A stretch of DNA of 63,356 nucleotides, filler included, from Thermodesulfobacteriota bacterium (GTDB lineage: Bacteria > DASVDK01): NCBI GenBank assembly GCA_036381125.1. It is 6 parts of 6 records of this genome, joined end to end, with 100 filler letters (N's around TTAATTAATTAA, not from the genome) between each part and the next. Parts side by side here need not be neighbours in the genome. Positions count along the whole stretch, not along the records: positions 1 to 11,460 come from DASVDK010000329.1; 5 more parts are not named here. The stretch is one strand, 5' to 3'. The first letter of the stretch is position 1; each line of letters begins with the position of its first letter. The notes under the pieces were generated by a model. The model searched no databases. It was not told the origin of the DNA and worked only from the letters and a program-made list of their open reading frames with translations. This document shows, in pieces, positions 1 to 11,104 of this stretch. The translations under genes were made by a program, and so were the position numbers.

Positions 1-91
1 GGTCGAGGAGCTGCTTCGGGCGGCTGCGCCGGCTGAGGGGCCAGAAGCGCGTGCCCGAGCCCCCGGCCATGATGACGGCGTGCAGGGTCAC
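1..91 (-). CDS. manC: mannose-1-phosphate guanylyltransferase, N-terminal fragment (runs off the window start)
   Basis: GTG at 89-91 overlaps the rmlA stop (GTGA); translates [29 protein letters not shown], the ManC N-terminal motif. Confidence 0.85.
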   Translation of the reverse strand, partial: MTLHAVIMAGGSGTRFWPLSRRSRPKQLLD

Positions 92-822
92 AGGTCGGTC
101 CTGTTCGCCCCGGTTTCCTTGACCAGCATGTTCGCGCGGAGCAGCGAGTCGAACGTGCCGGCGTCGGTCCACCAGCCCTCGAGGACGTCCCACTCGAGCG
201 TGCCGCGCTGGATGTAGGCGTTGTTCACGTCGGTGATCTCCAACTCGCCCCGCGCCGACGGCTTGAGCGTCTCGATGATCGAGAACACGTCCGGATCGTA
301 CATGTAGATCCCGGTCACCGCGTAGCGGCTCTTCGGCACCCTCGGCTTCTCCTCGACCGCCACGATCCGGTCGCCCTCGAAGACCGGCACCCCGAAGCGC
401 TCTGGATCCGGCACCTCCTTGAGGAGGATGCGGGCGCCGCGCGGCTGCCGGCGGAAGGCGGCCACGCTGGCCCGGATGTTGCCCTGGATCACGTTGTCGC
501 CGAGCACGACGACGACCCGCTCGCCACCGGCAAAGTAGCGCGCGAGACGCAGTGCGTCAGCGATCCCGCCCTCACCCTCCTGGTAAGTATAGTTGAGATG
601 ATCGAGGCCGAACGCCTTCCCGTTGCCCAGGAGCCGCAAGAAATCGCCCGCACTGCTCCCGCCGGTCACGAGCAGGATGTCCCGCACGCCGGCGTTCACG
701 AGGCACTGGATCGGGTAGTAGATCATCGGTCGGTCGTAGACCGGCAGGAGATGCTTGTTCGTCACGGTGGTGAGCGGCTTCAGCCGGGTGCCGAGCCCGC
801 CCGCGAGGATGACGCCCCGCAT
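88..822 (-). CDS. rmlA: glucose-1-phosphate thymidylyltransferase (RmlA/SpsI short form)
   Basis: [37 protein letters not shown] motifs; AGGAGG RBS before the ATG at 822. Confidence 0.92.
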   Translation of the reverse strand: MRGVILAGGLGTRLKPLTTVTNKHLLPVYDRPMIYYPIQCLVNAGVRDILLVTGGSSAGDFLRLLGNGKAFGLDHLNYTYQEGEGGIADALRLARYFAGGERVVVVLGDNVIQGNIRASVAAFRRQPRGARILLKEVPDPERFGVPVFEGDRIVAVEEKPRVPKSRYAVTGIYMYDPDVFSIIETLKPSARGELEITDVNNAYIQRGTLEWDVLEGWWTDAGTFDSLLRANMLVKETGANRTDL

Positions 823-832
823 CCGTCCTCCT

Positions 833-1717
833 TCAGCTACAGGTGGTGAGGAACGCCTCGAGCGCCTCGCGCCATGGCCGCAGGGTCCGGCCGGTGAGAT
901 CGCGGTAGCGGCCGCAGTCCAGGACTCCGTACGCGGGCCGGGCCGCCGGGCGAGGAACGGCCCGCGTCGGCACCGGCTCGAGCGCGACACGTCCCTCGAG
1001 CCCCACGATCTCGAGAACCGCCCGCGCGACGCCGAACCAGGTCGTCGCGCCGGCGTTCGCCACGTGCACGATGCCCCGCGCGCCGGCGTCCACGAGGGCG
1101 AGCAGCCCCTCCGCGAGGTCACGTCCGTACGTCGGCGCGCCCCACTGGTCGTCGACGACCCGCAGCGGCTCGCCGGCACGCGCGCGCGCGAGGACGCTCT
1201 TGACGAACGCCGGCCCTGCACGCCCGTAGAGCCACTGCGTTCGCACGATGAGCCAGCTTGCGCCGGGCCGCCCCTCGAACGCGTCGGCCACGGCCCGCTC
1301 GCCGTGCGCCTTCGTGCGGCCGTAGACCGACAGCGGCCCGACCGGATCGGTCTCGACGTACGGGGTCGACTTGCGCCCGTCGAACACGTAGTCGGACGAG
1401 AGATGGACGAGGCCGATCCCCCGTGCCGCGCAGGCGGCCGCGAGGAGGCCCGGCGCCTCCGCGTTGAGGCGCGCGGCCGCCTCGACCTCCCGCTCCGCGT
1501 CGTCCACGCGCGTGTAGGCGGCGCAGTTCACGACGAGGCTCGGCCTGGCGGCGTCGAGTGCGGCCGCGACGGCGGCCGCGTCGGTCACGTCGAGGTCGGC
1601 GCGCGAGAGCGGCACGCCCTCGAGCCGTTCGCGCCACGGGGCATCGGCGAGGCGGTCGACCAGCTCGCGGCCGACGAGCCCGCCGGCCCCGGCGATCAGG
1701 AGCCGGCGCCGAGCCAC
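833..1717 (-). CDS. rmlD: dTDP-4-dehydrorhamnose reductase
   Basis: GAGGLVG Rossmann motif, NCAAYT, SSDYVFDG, YGRTK, VDDQWGAPT; GTG start inferred. Confidence 0.92.
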   Translation of the reverse strand: MARRRLLIAGAGGLVGRELVDRLADAPWRERLEGVPLSRADLDVTDAAAVAAALDAARPSLVVNCAAYTRVDDAEREVEAAARLNAEAPGLLAAACAARGIGLVHLSSDYVFDGRKSTPYVETDPVGPLSVYGRTKAHGERAVADAFEGRPGASWLIVRTQWLYGRAGPAFVKSVLARARAGEPLRVVDDQWGAPTYGRDLAEGLLALVDAGARGIVHVANAGATTWFGVARAVLEIVGLEGRVALEPVPTRAVPRPAARPAYGVLDCGRYRDLTGRTLRPWREALEAFLTTCS

Positions 1718-2730
1718 TTGTCCCGGTACAGGCGCTCGTGATCCCGACGATACGCCCCGCTCTTCACCTTGCGCCACCAGGCGTCGTGCGTCCGGTACCA
1801 CTCGACGGTGGCCGGCAGGCCGGTCGCCAGCGTGTGGCGCGGCGTCCAGCCGAGATCGCGGCGCGCCTTGGCGTAGTCGATCGCGTAGCGCCGGTCGTGG
1901 TTCTTCCGGTCCCGCACGTGCGTGATGAGCCGCTCGTCCCGGCCGACGAGGCGGAGGATCATCCGGGTGATGTCGAGGTTCGTCCGCTCGCCGTCGCCGC
2001 CGAAATTGTAGACCTCGCCCGGACGGCCGCGCGTGAGCGCCGCGTGCACGCCGCGGCAGTGGTCCTCGACGTGGATCCAGTCGCGGACCTGCAGGCCGTC
2101 GCCGTACACCGGGAGCGGGCGGCCGTCGATCGCGTTGGTGACGAAGAGCGGGATGAGCTTCTCGGGGAACTGGTAGGGGCCGTAGTTGTTGGAGCAGCGG
2201 GTCACCACGACGTGCTGGCCGTGCGTCCCGGCGGCGGCCCTGCAGAGCAGATCGGCCCCCGCCTTGCTCGCGGCATAGGGGCTGTTCGGGGCGAGCGGCG
2301 TGGCCTCGGTGAAGGGGGAGTCGTCCGGCGCGAGCGTTCCGTAGACCTCGTCGGTCGACACCTGCAGGAACCGGCCGACGCCGTGGCGCCTCGCCGCGTC
2401 GAGGAGCACCTGGGTGCCGATCACGTTGGTCCGGACGAACGCGGAGGCGTCGTCGATCGAGCGGTCGACGTGCGTCTCGGCGGCGAAGTTGACGACGGCG
2501 TCGAACGGGCCGGCGGCCGCCATCACCCGATCGACCGCGGCGGCGTCCGCGATGTCGCCCCGGACGAAGCGGAACCCCGGCGCCCGCTCGACCTCGGCCA
2601 GGTTCTCGAGGTTGCCGGCGTAGGTCAGGAGGTCGAGGACGACGACCTCGCGGGCCCACCCTTCGCCGAGTGCCAGCCGGACGAAGTTCGACCCGATGAA
2701 GCCGGCGCCGCCGGTGACGAGCAGTCGCAT
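1696..2730 (-). CDS. rmlB: dTDP-glucose 4,6-dehydratase
   Basis: TGGAGFIGSNF, AAETHVDRSI, STDEVYG, YAASK, SNNYGPYQFPEKLIP. Confidence 0.96.
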   Translation of the reverse strand: MRLLVTGGAGFIGSNFVRLALGEGWAREVVVLDLLTYAGNLENLAEVERAPGFRFVRGDIADAAAVDRVMAAAGPFDAVVNFAAETHVDRSIDDASAFVRTNVIGTQVLLDAARRHGVGRFLQVSTDEVYGTLAPDDSPFTEATPLAPNSPYAASKAGADLLCRAAAGTHGQHVVVTRCSNNYGPYQFPEKLIPLFVTNAIDGRPLPVYGDGLQVRDWIHVEDHCRGVHAALTRGRPGEVYNFGGDGERTNLDITRMILRLVGRDERLITHVRDRKNHDRRYAIDYAKARRDLGWTPRHTLATGLPATVEWYRTHDAWWRKVKSGAYRRDHERLYRDKWLGAGS

Positions 2731-2737
2731 CCGCGGC

Positions 2738-3205
2738 TCAGCCGTCCCGCCGGGACCAGTCGTACGGGATGTCCGAGCCGTGCGGGGCGGCGCGGTACTC
2801 GTCCGGATCCGCGTACCGGTAGACCTCCGTCGGGCAGTTGACGATGATGGCCTCGGTCTCGCCGATGCACTTGAAGCCGTGGTACACGCCGGCCGGGATC
2901 TGCACGAGTAGGGGGTTGTGCTCGCCGATGAAGAACTCGTTGATCGCCCCCTTCGTGGGGGAGCCCTCCCTGGCGTCGTAGAGGACGAGCTTGATCATCC
3001 CCCTGACGCACGCGAAGTTGTCGAGCTGGACCTTGTGGTAGTGCCAGCCCTTCACGACGCCGGGGTACGCGGTCGTCATGTAGACCTGGCCGAACTTGAC
3101 GAAGATCTCGTCGTCGGCCCTGAGGATCTCCATGAGCCGCCCGCGCTCGTCCGGGATGACCCGCAGGGCCTTCGTGCGGACGCCGTCGATCCTCTCGACG
3201 CCCAT
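2738..3205 (-). CDS. rmlC: dTDP-4-dehydrorhamnose 3,5-epimerase family protein
   Basis: DERGRLMEI, GVVKGWHYH, IPAGVYHGF; lies inside the rml cluster. Confidence 0.88.
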   Translation of the reverse strand: MGVERIDGVRTKALRVIPDERGRLMEILRADDEIFVKFGQVYMTTAYPGVVKGWHYHKVQLDNFACVRGMIKLVLYDAREGSPTKGAINEFFIGEHNPLLVQIPAGVYHGFKCIGETEAIIVNCPTEVYRYADPDEYRAAPHGSDIPYDWSRRDG

Positions 3206-3549
3206 CAGCGCCCGACCCTCCCGTACCGATCCTCGAGCCGCACCACGTCGTCGAGTTCCGGCGTCGAGACCTCGATCACTTCCGTGTCCTCGACCGCGAT
3301 CATGCGGTGCTTCTGGCCGGGCACGACGTGGTACGTGTCGCCCGGCCTCATCCGGCGGGTCACCATCCGCCCGTCCTCCTCCACCTCGAGGTCCATGAGC
3401 CCCTTCGCGACGAGGATGGACTCGTCCTTGACCCGGTGGTACTGCAAGGACAGCCGCTCGCCGGCCTTGATGGCGAGCACCTTCCCGACGTATCGGGGGG
3501 TCTCGGCCCACACCAGCTCGTGCCCCCACGGCTTGTCGATTTTTCTCAT
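3205..3549 (-). CDS. cupin-domain protein (mannose-6-phosphate isomerase type II-like)
   Basis: KPWG, RLSLQYHRVKDE, STPELDDVVRLEDRYGR. Confidence 0.85.
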   Translation of the reverse strand: MRKIDKPWGHELVWAETPRYVGKVLAIKAGERLSLQYHRVKDESILVAKGLMDLEVEEDGRMVTRRMRPGDTYHVVPGQKHRMIAVEDTEVIEVSTPELDDVVRLEDRYGRVGR

Positions 3550-3602
3550 GTTTTCAAGCCCTTACGGCACCTCGCCGGACCGGCCGGGCGGTTCGGGCGG
3601 TA

Positions 3603-3629
3603 CTTATAGCACAGTTCCGCATCGCTCAA
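3603..3629 (-). promoter_or_regulatory. putative extended -10 promoter for the cupin-rml genes
   Basis: minus strand TTGAGC-N15-TATAAG with TG at -15/-14, in an AT-richer intergenic patch; the spacing is short. Confidence 0.4.
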
Positions 3630-3676
3630 CGCCCTTTCGTGCGCCAAGCAAGAGCCACGCCGGCCGCGCGGGGCTC

Positions 3677-4831
3677 TCACGTCAACGCCTGCCCGACGGC
3701 GCTCACGACCTCCGCCTGCTGGCCCTCCGTCAGCTCGGGGTAGATCGGGAGGGCCAGTACCTCGCGGGCCGCGCGCTCGCTCTGCGGGAAGGCCCCCTCG
3801 GGGTAGCCGAGGTGGGCGAAGCAGGGTTGCCGGTGGAGCGGAACCGGGTAGTAGACCTCGCAGCCGATCCCGGCCTGCCGCAGCCTGGCCATCACCTCGT
3901 CGCGGCGCGGGACGCGAACCACGAACTGGTTGTAGACGTGGCGGTGAGGCTCCCCCTCGACCGGCAGCACCACCGGCCCCTCCGGCGCGGCAAGGCCGGC
4001 CTCGCGGAAGAGGCGACGGTAGCGGGCGGCGTTGCGCCGTCGGGCCTCGTGCCAGCGGTCGAGGTGGCGCAGCTTCACGCGGAGGACCGCCGCCTGGAGG
4101 GCGTCGAGGCGACCGTTGATCCCCACCTCCTCGTGCACGTACCTGACGCGGCTGCCGTGGACGCGCAGCGCCCTGAGCCGCTCCGCGAGCCGCTCGTCGC
4201 CGGTCAGGCAGAGGCCGCCGTCCCCCGCCCCGCCGAGGTTCTTCGACGGGAAGAAGGAGAGGCACCCGACCGCGCCCATCGCCCCCGCCCGCCGCCGCCG
4301 GCCGCCCGGGCCGACGTACTCGGCCCCGATCGCCTGCGCCGCGTCCTCGACGACGGCCAGCCCGTGACGGTCGGCCAGCGCCTCGATCGGCGCCATGTCG
4401 GCCGGCAGGCCGAAGAGGTGGACCGGCATGACGGCCCGCACGCGGCCGCCCCGGCCGAGACGGTCGCGCACCGTCGCCTCGAGGGCGCCCGGGTCGACGT
4501 TGTACGTGGCCGGGTCGATGTCGGCGAAGATGGGCGTGGCGCCGACCCGATGGATCGCGCTCGCGGTGGCGAAGAACGTGAAGGGCGTCGTCACCACCTC
4601 GTCGCCCGGGCCCACGTCGAGCGCCATCAGGGCGAGGAGGATGGCGTCGGTCCCGGACGAGACGGCCACCGCGTGCGCCGCACCGCTGTAGGCGGCCAGC
4701 TCCCCCTCGAGCGCCTCCACCTCGGGGCCGAGGACGAAGCGCTGCGACTCGAACACCGCGTCGACCGCGGCGCGGACCTCGTCGCGGATCGCCGCGTACT
4801 GGGCCCGGAGATCGAGGAGCGGCACGGGCAT
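3677..4831 (-). CDS. DegT/DnrJ/EryC1/StrS PLP-dependent aminotransferase
   Basis: [24 protein letters not shown] (PLP lysine), RLDALQAA. Confidence 0.93.
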   Translation of the reverse strand: MPVPLLDLRAQYAAIRDEVRAAVDAVFESQRFVLGPEVEALEGELAAYSGAAHAVAVSSGTDAILLALMALDVGPGDEVVTTPFTFFATASAIHRVGATPIFADIDPATYNVDPGALEATVRDRLGRGGRVRAVMPVHLFGLPADMAPIEALADRHGLAVVEDAAQAIGAEYVGPGGRRRRAGAMGAVGCLSFFPSKNLGGAGDGGLCLTGDERLAERLRALRVHGSRVRYVHEEVGINGRLDALQAAVLRVKLRHLDRWHEARRRNAARYRRLFREAGLAAPEGPVVLPVEGEPHRHVYNQFVVRVPRRDEVMARLRQAGIGCEVYYPVPLHRQPCFAHLGYPEGAFPQSERAAREVLALPIYPELTEGQQAEVVSAVGQALT

Positions 4832-4891
4832 GGATCGACCTCCTGCGTGTCCGACCAGGGGTAACGCCGAGGGGGCCGCGTCGGCCGGCCG

Positions 4892-7177
4892 CTACTGCCC
4901 GAAGACGCTCTCCCCCGTCGCGGTCCCGAAGCTGCCGAGTCCGACGAGGGTGAAGAGGAGCTCGAAGCGCGTCTCGTCGGGGCGGATCCGGTCGATGGCC
5001 CGGAAGGCGATCGCCCAGCAGTCGCAGGGCGACCGGTAGTTGATGCCGTAGCCGGTCTCGAGCAGCCGGTCCTCCTGCACGAGGTACTTCGCCCCGGCGA
5101 GCAGGTCGAGCGCTCGGCCGAGACGGACCCGGATGTCGCCGTTCAACTGCTCGATGTCCGGCTCGACCAGGCGGTAGTCCAGCCCGAGCCGGACGCCCCG
5201 CTCGTCCTCGAGTTCCGTCCGGATGCCGACCAGGTTCGCGCGGCCCTCCTTCGTATCGTACGACGTCTCGAAGTCGAGCAGGAACCGCTCGAACGGGCGC
5301 ACCTCGAGCCTCGCCGTCAGGTCGGAGAGGTTGTCGCGGTCCGCCCCGACCTGCTCCGTCGGCGCCGGCACGTCGCCCACCCGCAGGCGCTCCTCGCTCG
5401 TCCCCTCGATGCCGCCGAAGTCGTAGGACTGCTGGAGCAGGAGCCTCGCGATCTCCCTGGCCGGACCGGTGGCGCCGACCGCCGGCGGCCGCGCCGTGGG
5501 GGGCACGAGCACGCGGGTGGGCGGCGCGGGAACCTCGAGACCGGTCTCCGGGTCGACCGGCCGCGGCGGGGGCGGCGGCATGGGTCCGACCGGCTCGGCG
5601 AATCGGGCGAAGAGACGCGTCCCGATGGCGTAGGTCACCCGCGACACCCGGGGGATCCGGTCGTTCCGGTCGAAGAACGGGTTGTCCGACTGGTCGGAGG
5701 TCGGGATGAACGCGTAGGAGACCTCCGGCTCGATCGTGTGGTAGAGGCGGCGCGCGTCGCCGATCTCCACCTCGTACGCCCGTCCGAGCACCGACTTGAG
5801 GTCCACGCCGAGGAACGGGAGGAGCCGATTCGCCTCCTCGTCCGGCTCCTGCGTCCGGTAGTACGTCACCCGGTAGCCGGCCTGCCCGGTGAGCGTCGCG
5901 ACCGGCCCCAGCGCGACCGGATAGATCAACCGCGGGAAGAGGTCGAGCCGCTGGCCGCGCACGCCGTCCTCGCGGTAGAAGTTCGTGAGGCTGCCGTCGA
6001 TCGCGCCGAAGATGGGCGAGCCCTCCAGGCGTACGGGGGGGATCCCGAGGCTCACCTGCGGCAGGATCTGCTGCACCTCGCTCGACGGCTTCGACTCGAC
6101 GAGGCTCCGGAAGACGGAGAAGCGCCCGGTGAGGGCCACGTCGTCCCAGGTGCGCTCGACGACGGCGCGGCTCTCGATCTCGCGCTGGGCGGTGACCTCG
6201 ACGCTGTCGCCGAAGTCCACCGGGAACTCGCGATCGCTCACGACGTTGATGTCGGCCCTGAGCGAGAACCGGCCCGGGAGGATCTGGTCGTGCCGGATCC
6301 GGAGGTCGCCGCGGTCGCGGTCCTGGATCCGGTCGGCGATGTAGCTGCCGCGCCAGATCCCGCGCGTCGTCTCGGAGAGGGCGTAGCGGTACTCCGCCGT
6401 TGCGCCGGTACCGCGCTTGCTGAGGTAGGTGAAGCCGAGCGTCGCGTCCTGGCTGCGCCCGAGCGCGATGAAGAGCGGCTGCTCGTACCCCCACCCGTTG
6501 ATGTTCGACTGGGAGAACCGCGGGAAGAGGAGGCCGGTGGTCCGCTCGGTCCGGACCGGGAAGATCCCGTAGGGCAGCGTGAAGACCGGCACCCCCTTGA
6601 TCCGCAAGGTCGGCCACTGGACGAAGGCGTAGCCGCCGACCGAGAGCCGGATGCGCCGGCCCGTGATGCTCCACGACGGCGCGCCCTCCTCGCAGAGGCA
6701 GGAGGTCAATCGGCCGTCCCCCACCGTGTACGTCGTGTCGCCGGTCTTGTCGATCCGCGCGCCGCTGATCGTGACGTGGTCCTGGGCGACGAACAGCTCG
6801 CCGTCGAGGAGGAACCCCGTCTGCTCGCCGAGGTTGATCCGGACGCGATCGGCCGTGAGGCGGTCGGGCCTCGCGTCGATGACGACGCCGCCCGCCGCGT
6901 CGGCGACATCGCCGTCGGGCACGATCTCGACGCGGTCCGCCCGAAGCGTCAGGTCACCGCGCCGGGCCACCACGTTCCCCTCGAGGACGTACCGGCCCGT
7001 CTGCCGGTCGTAGCTGATGCGGTCGGCCTCGACCTCGACCGGCCCCTCGCCGAGCGCCTCCGGACCGACGTGGCGGAACCGCTCGAACGGCGCCGCGGCG
7101 CTGCGGCCCGCGGCCCCCAGCAGCGCCGCGGCGGCGAGGACGGCGGCTACGAGCCGGCGAAGGCGGCGCCGCGTCAC
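4892..7177 (-). CDS. lptD: LPS assembly outer-membrane protein LptD
   Basis: signal peptide, OstA-like N-terminus (EADRISYD..GNVV..LRADRV), TSC..PSWSI, ERTTGLLFP, beta-barrel C-terminus with CDCW; GTGA-coupled to folC. Confidence 0.85.
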   Translation of the reverse strand: MTRRRLRRLVAAVLAAAALLGAAGRSAAAPFERFRHVGPEALGEGPVEVEADRISYDRQTGRYVLEGNVVARRGDLTLRADRVEIVPDGDVADAAGGVVIDARPDRLTADRVRINLGEQTGFLLDGELFVAQDHVTISGARIDKTGDTTYTVGDGRLTSCLCEEGAPSWSITGRRIRLSVGGYAFVQWPTLRIKGVPVFTLPYGIFPVRTERTTGLLFPRFSQSNINGWGYEQPLFIALGRSQDATLGFTYLSKRGTGATAEYRYALSETTRGIWRGSYIADRIQDRDRGDLRIRHDQILPGRFSLRADINVVSDREFPVDFGDSVEVTAQREIESRAVVERTWDDVALTGRFSVFRSLVESKPSSEVQQILPQVSLGIPPVRLEGSPIFGAIDGSLTNFYREDGVRGQRLDLFPRLIYPVALGPVATLTGQAGYRVTYYRTQEPDEEANRLLPFLGVDLKSVLGRAYEVEIGDARRLYHTIEPEVSYAFIPTSDQSDNPFFDRNDRIPRVSRVTYAIGTRLFARFAEPVGPMPPPPPRPVDPETGLEVPAPPTRVLVPPTARPPAVGATGPAREIARLLLQQSYDFGGIEGTSEERLRVGDVPAPTEQVGADRDNLSDLTARLEVRPFERFLLDFETSYDTKEGRANLVGIRTELEDERGVRLGLDYRLVEPDIEQLNGDIRVRLGRALDLLAGAKYLVQEDRLLETGYGINYRSPCDCWAIAFRAIDRIRPDETRFELLFTLVGLGSFGTATGESVFGQ

Positions 7178-8526
7178 CTCGCGGCGCCCGGCGCAGGCGG
7201 GGCGTGGCACGGGGCAAGATGCGCCCGCGCCTCCCCCACCGCGAAGAGCGAGCCGGCGACCAGGACCAGGTCCTCGGGCCCGGCCTCGGCGAGGGCCAGG
7301 TCGAGCGCCCGCGGGAGGTCGGGCGCCATGACCGCGCGCGTGCCGGCCCGCAGCGCCGCCTCGGCGATCCGCGGCGGGGCGGCCGCCCGGGCGATCGCCG
7401 CCCGGGTCGCCACGACGAGCGCCGCCAGCGGCGCGAGGGCGCCCACGATCGCCTCGACCGGCTTGTCCGCCATGACGCTCGCGACGAGGATCAGCCGGCG
7501 ATAGCGGAAGTCCTCGCGCAGGCTCTGCACCAGGCGGGCCACGGCGGCCGGGTTGTGGGCGCCGTCGAGCACGACCCGGGGCGCCTCCCGCACCTGCTCG
7601 AGCCGACCGGGCCAGCGGGTTGCGGCGAGCGCCCGCCGGATGCCCGCCTCGTCCGGCAGGGTTCCGTCGCCCATCGCCTCGAGGGCCAGGAGCGCGAGCC
7701 CGGCGTTGTCCACCTGGTGGGCCCCGAGGAGGCCGAGCTTCACGCCGTCGAGCGCCACCCGCAGGCCGCGGTACGCCATCGTGCCGTCGGTCCGGCGCGC
7801 CACCCAGGGGGACGCCGGCGCGAGCCCGCCCTCGGCGTGCGGGTCCCCGCTCCCCTCGGCCAGCACGTGCAGCGGCGCCTCGAGGGCGGCCGCCCGGGCG
7901 ACGACCCGGGCGAGGAGCGAGCCGCGCCGCTCGGCCGTGACGAGCGGCACCCGCGGCTTCGCGATGCCGAACTTCTCGTCGGCGATCGACTCGAGGCTGT
8001 CCCCGAGCAGGCCCATGTGGTCGTAGTCGACGTTCGTCACGACGCAGACCCGCGGGACGAGGACGTTCGTCGCGTCGAGCCGGCCGCCGAGGCCGACCTC
8101 GACGACCGCCGTGTCGATTCCCGCCCGGGCGAAGGCCGCGAAGGCCATCGCCGTCGTGAACTCGAAGAAGGTCGGGTATCGACCGCCGGCCGACGCCGGC
8201 ACCGGGTTCGCCTCGAGCAGGGCCCGAAGCTCGGTCACGAGCCGCACGACCTCCGCCTCGTCGATCTCGCGCCCGTCGATGCGGATCCGCTCCTCGAAAC
8301 GGACCAGGTGGGGCGACGTGTAGAGGCCGACCCGCCGGCCGGCCTCCCGGAGCAGCGCCTCCGCGAACGCGCACGTCGAGCCCTTGCCGTTGGTCCCGGC
8401 CACGTGGACCGCCGAGAAGCGCCGCTCGGGGTGCCCGAGCAGGTCGAGCAGATGGCGGACGACGCCGAGGTCGAGGACGATCCCGAAGCGCTCGAGTCCG
8501 AGGAGCCAGTCGAGGGGCGCGCTCAC
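7174..8526 (-). CDS. folC: folylpolyglutamate synthase/dihydrofolate synthase
   Basis: [43 protein letters not shown] overlaps the accD stop. Confidence 0.95.
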   Translation of the reverse strand: MSAPLDWLLGLERFGIVLDLGVVRHLLDLLGHPERRFSAVHVAGTNGKGSTCAFAEALLREAGRRVGLYTSPHLVRFEERIRIDGREIDEAEVVRLVTELRALLEANPVPASAGGRYPTFFEFTTAMAFAAFARAGIDTAVVEVGLGGRLDATNVLVPRVCVVTNVDYDHMGLLGDSLESIADEKFGIAKPRVPLVTAERRGSLLARVVARAAALEAPLHVLAEGSGDPHAEGGLAPASPWVARRTDGTMAYRGLRVALDGVKLGLLGAHQVDNAGLALLALEAMGDGTLPDEAGIRRALAATRWPGRLEQVREAPRVVLDGAHNPAAVARLVQSLREDFRYRRLILVASVMADKPVEAIVGALAPLAALVVATRAAIARAAAPPRIAEAALRAGTRAVMAPDLPRALDLALAEAGPEDLVLVAGSLFAVGEARAHLAPCHAPPAPGAAR

Positions 8527-9371
8527 GCGGGGCCGAGGAAGCGGAGCAGGGTCGCCAGCGTCTCCTTGAGCTGCTTCCGCTCGACGATGACGTCGATGAT
8601 CCCGTGCTCGAGGAGGTACTCGGAGCGCTGGAAGCCGGGCGGCAGCGTCTGCCGGATCGTCTGCTCGATGACGCGCGGTCCGGCGAACCCGATGAGGGCG
8701 CGCGGCTCGGCCAGGATCACGTCGCCGAGCATGGCGAACGAGGCGGTGACGCCGCCGGTGGTGGGGTCGGTGAGCACCGAGATGTACGGCAGGCGCGCGG
8801 CCGAGAGTCGGGCCAGCGCGGCGCTGGTCTTGGCCATCTGCATGAGGGAGAAGATCCCCTCCTGCATCCGCGCGCCGCCCGACGAGGAGAACACGATGAC
8901 GCCGCACCGCCGCTCGATCGCCCGCTCGACCGCTCGCGTGATCTTCTCGCCGACGACGGCGCCCATGCTGCCGCCGAGGAAGCCGAACTCGAACACGGCC
9001 AGCACCGCCGGCAGCCCGTCGATCGTGCACTCGCCGGACACGACGGCCTCTCGCGTCTCCGCCTTGCGCTGCGCCTCGGCCACGCGCTCGGGGTAGGGCT
9101 TCGAGTCCTCGAAGCCGAGCGGGTCGCCCGGCACGAGATGTGCGTCGATCTCGACGAACGACCCCTCGTCGGCCACCAGCGCGATCCGATCGGCGGCGGA
9201 GATGCGGAAGTGGTACTGGCACTTCGGGCAGACGGAGAGGTTCCGCTCGAGCTCCTTGTTGTAGATGATCTCGCTGCAGTTCCCGCACTTCGACCAGAGC
9301 CCCTCGGGAACCTTGACCTTCCGCTCCGTGGGCCGCCCCTTGGGCGCCTTGTCCCGCGTGAACCAGGCCAT
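8523..9371 (-). CDS. accD: acetyl-CoA carboxylase carboxyltransferase beta subunit
   Basis: PEGLWSKC C4 zinc finger, [26 protein letters not shown]. Confidence 0.97.
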   Translation of the reverse strand: MAWFTRDKAPKGRPTERKVKVPEGLWSKCGNCSEIIYNKELERNLSVCPKCQYHFRISAADRIALVADEGSFVEIDAHLVPGDPLGFEDSKPYPERVAEAQRKAETREAVVSGECTIDGLPAVLAVFEFGFLGGSMGAVVGEKITRAVERAIERRCGVIVFSSSGGARMQEGIFSLMQMAKTSAALARLSAARLPYISVLTDPTTGGVTASFAMLGDVILAEPRALIGFAGPRVIEQTIRQTLPPGFQRSEYLLEHGIIDVIVERKQLKETLATLLRFLGPA

Positions 9372-9503
9372 CCCTTCTCCATCCAACGGCTCGCGGCCGG
9401 CGTCCGCTCCGGCCCGGCAGAGCCGGGCCTGCGCTCCTCGGCGGCCCTCCGGGCCGCCAACCGCCGGGGGCCGCTCGCCTCCGGCCGGCGCTGCCGCGCC
9501 GGC

Positions 9504-10274
9504 CTAGATGTCTATCTCCTGCCCCGGCTGGAGCATCCGGATCCGCCCGTCCGCGAGCGCCTCCACCTCGCGCGCCACCTCGTCGAGATGCCAGGGCTTC
9601 ATGTGATAGAGGTAGACGGGGAGGTCGCGGTGGGGCGCCGCGAGCTTCGCCAGCTCGCCCGCCACCAGCCGAGGCGTGAGGTGCCCGCTCTTGTCCGCGA
9701 CCGCGCGCAGCCGCTCGGGGAACGACGCCTCGATGAAGACGGCGCGGAGGCTCCTCCGCCGGTTCGCCGCGGTCCAGATGTCGGCGGTCGGCCCCGTGTC
9801 GCCCGTGAAGAGGAACGCGCGCGCCCCGTCGTCGACGACGAAGCCGACCCCTTCCACCTGGTGGTCCACCGCGATCGCCTCCACGCGCAGTCCCGCCAGC
9901 GGCTCCGGCGCGCCGCGCGCCATCGTGCGGTAGGCCAGGATCGGTCGCGCCGGGTCGGGGATGCGGGTGAAGTCGGGCCAGATCACGTCGTTCAGGAAGT
10001 GGGTGCGGATCGGCCCGAGCACCTCGGGTACGCTCGCCACCAGCGTCGGCCGCGTGGCGCGGTCGGCCACGATGTCGGCGAGGAAGGCGATGTCCTTGAT
10101 GTGGTCGAGGTGCGGGTGCGAGACCGCGATCGCCTCGATGCCGAGCAGCTCGTCGGCCGTCAGGCTCGACACCGCGCCGCCGGCGTCGATGAGGAGCCGC
10201 CCGTCGACGAGCAGGCTGATCGGCTGGAAGTGGAGGTACTCGCCGCCGTGACAGCCGAGGACCCGCACCTTCAT
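9504..10274 (-). CDS. metallo-beta-lactamase-fold 3',5'-cyclic-nucleotide phosphodiesterase-like protein
   Basis: [19 protein letters not shown] (HxHxDH), FLNDVIWPDF, GDTGPT, GHLTP, YHMKP; ATGA overlap with the trpA stop. Confidence 0.8.
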   Translation of the reverse strand: MKVRVLGCHGGEYLHFQPISLLVDGRLLIDAGGAVSSLTADELLGIEAIAVSHPHLDHIKDIAFLADIVADRATRPTLVASVPEVLGPIRTHFLNDVIWPDFTRIPDPARPILAYRTMARGAPEPLAGLRVEAIAVDHQVEGVGFVVDDGARAFLFTGDTGPTADIWTAANRRRSLRAVFIEASFPERLRAVADKSGHLTPRLVAGELAKLAAPHRDLPVYLYHMKPWHLDEVAREVEALADGRIRMLQPGQEIDI

Positions 10275-11104
10275 CGGGACAGCGCCCCCTTCAGCGACGC
10301 GACGAAGTCGCCCGCGGCGCCGACCAGTCGGTCGCGCGGCTGCCCGTCGTGCGACTCCACGAGGCGGACCAGGGCGCTGCCGACGGCGACGCCGTCGGCG
10401 TGCCGGGCCGCCTCGCGGGCCTGCTCGGGCGTCGAGATGCCGAAGCCGACGACGACCGGCAGCCGCGACCGCGCCTTGACCGCCGACACCCGGTCGGCCA
10501 GCTCGGCCGCCACCCGGTCGCGCACGCCGGTCACCCCGGTGACCGAGATGTAGTAGAGGAACCCCCGCCCGAGCCGCGCCGCGGCGTCGAGGCGGGCGGG
10601 CGGAGTCGTGGGGGCGACGAGGACGATGGTGTCGAGGCCGACGGCGTCGCACGCCGGCTGGATCTCCGGCAGCTCCTCGATCGGCAGGTCGACGACGAGG
10701 ACGCCGTCGGCGCCCGCACGCGACAGCGCCGACGCCAGCCGCTCGGGGTGGAAACGACCCGCCGGGCCGCCGTCGCGCGCGAGCGCGAAGAACGGGTTGT
10801 AGTAGCCGAAGAGCACGACCGGCACGTCGCTCTCGCGCCGGATCCGGCCGAGCGCCTCGAGGCAGCCCGCGAGCGTGGTGCCGCGGCGGAGGGCGCGCTC
10901 GGCCGCCCGCTGGATCGTCGGCCCGTCGGCCGTGGGGTCGGAGAAGGGCACCCCCAGCTCGATGAAGTCGGCGCCGCGGCGCGCGGCCTCGAGGACCAGC
11001 GCCACCGTGGTGTCGAGGTCGGGATCGCCCGCCGTCAGGTAGATGCCGAGCGCCTTGCCGCGCTCGCGGGCGAGCCGCTCGAATGTCCGCGCGATCCGGC
11101 TCAG
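10271..11104 (-). CDS. trpA: tryptophan synthase alpha chain (probable CTG start)
   Basis: [45 protein letters not shown]. Confidence 0.96.
   Translation of the reverse strand: MSRIARTFERLARERGKALGIYLTAGDPDLDTTVALVLEAARRGADFIELGVPFSDPTADGPTIQRAAERALRRGTTLAGCLEALGRIRRESDVPVVLFGYYNPFFALARDGGPAGRFHPERLASALSRAGADGVLVVDLPIEELPEIQPACDAVGLDTIVLVAPTTPPARLDAAARLGRGFLYYISVTGVTGVRDRVAAELADRVSAVKARSRLPVVVGFGISTPEQAREAARHADGVAVGSALVRLVESHDGQPRDRLVGAAGDFVASLKGALSR

Noticed and set aside
3546-6674. 1042-aa ORF and many other long Arg/Pro/Gly-rich ORFs in the track (e.g. 23553-26144, 47548-50394, 2918-4864)
   Set aside because: Shadow frames of real genes, caused by the scarcity of stop codons in high-GC DNA; no motifs
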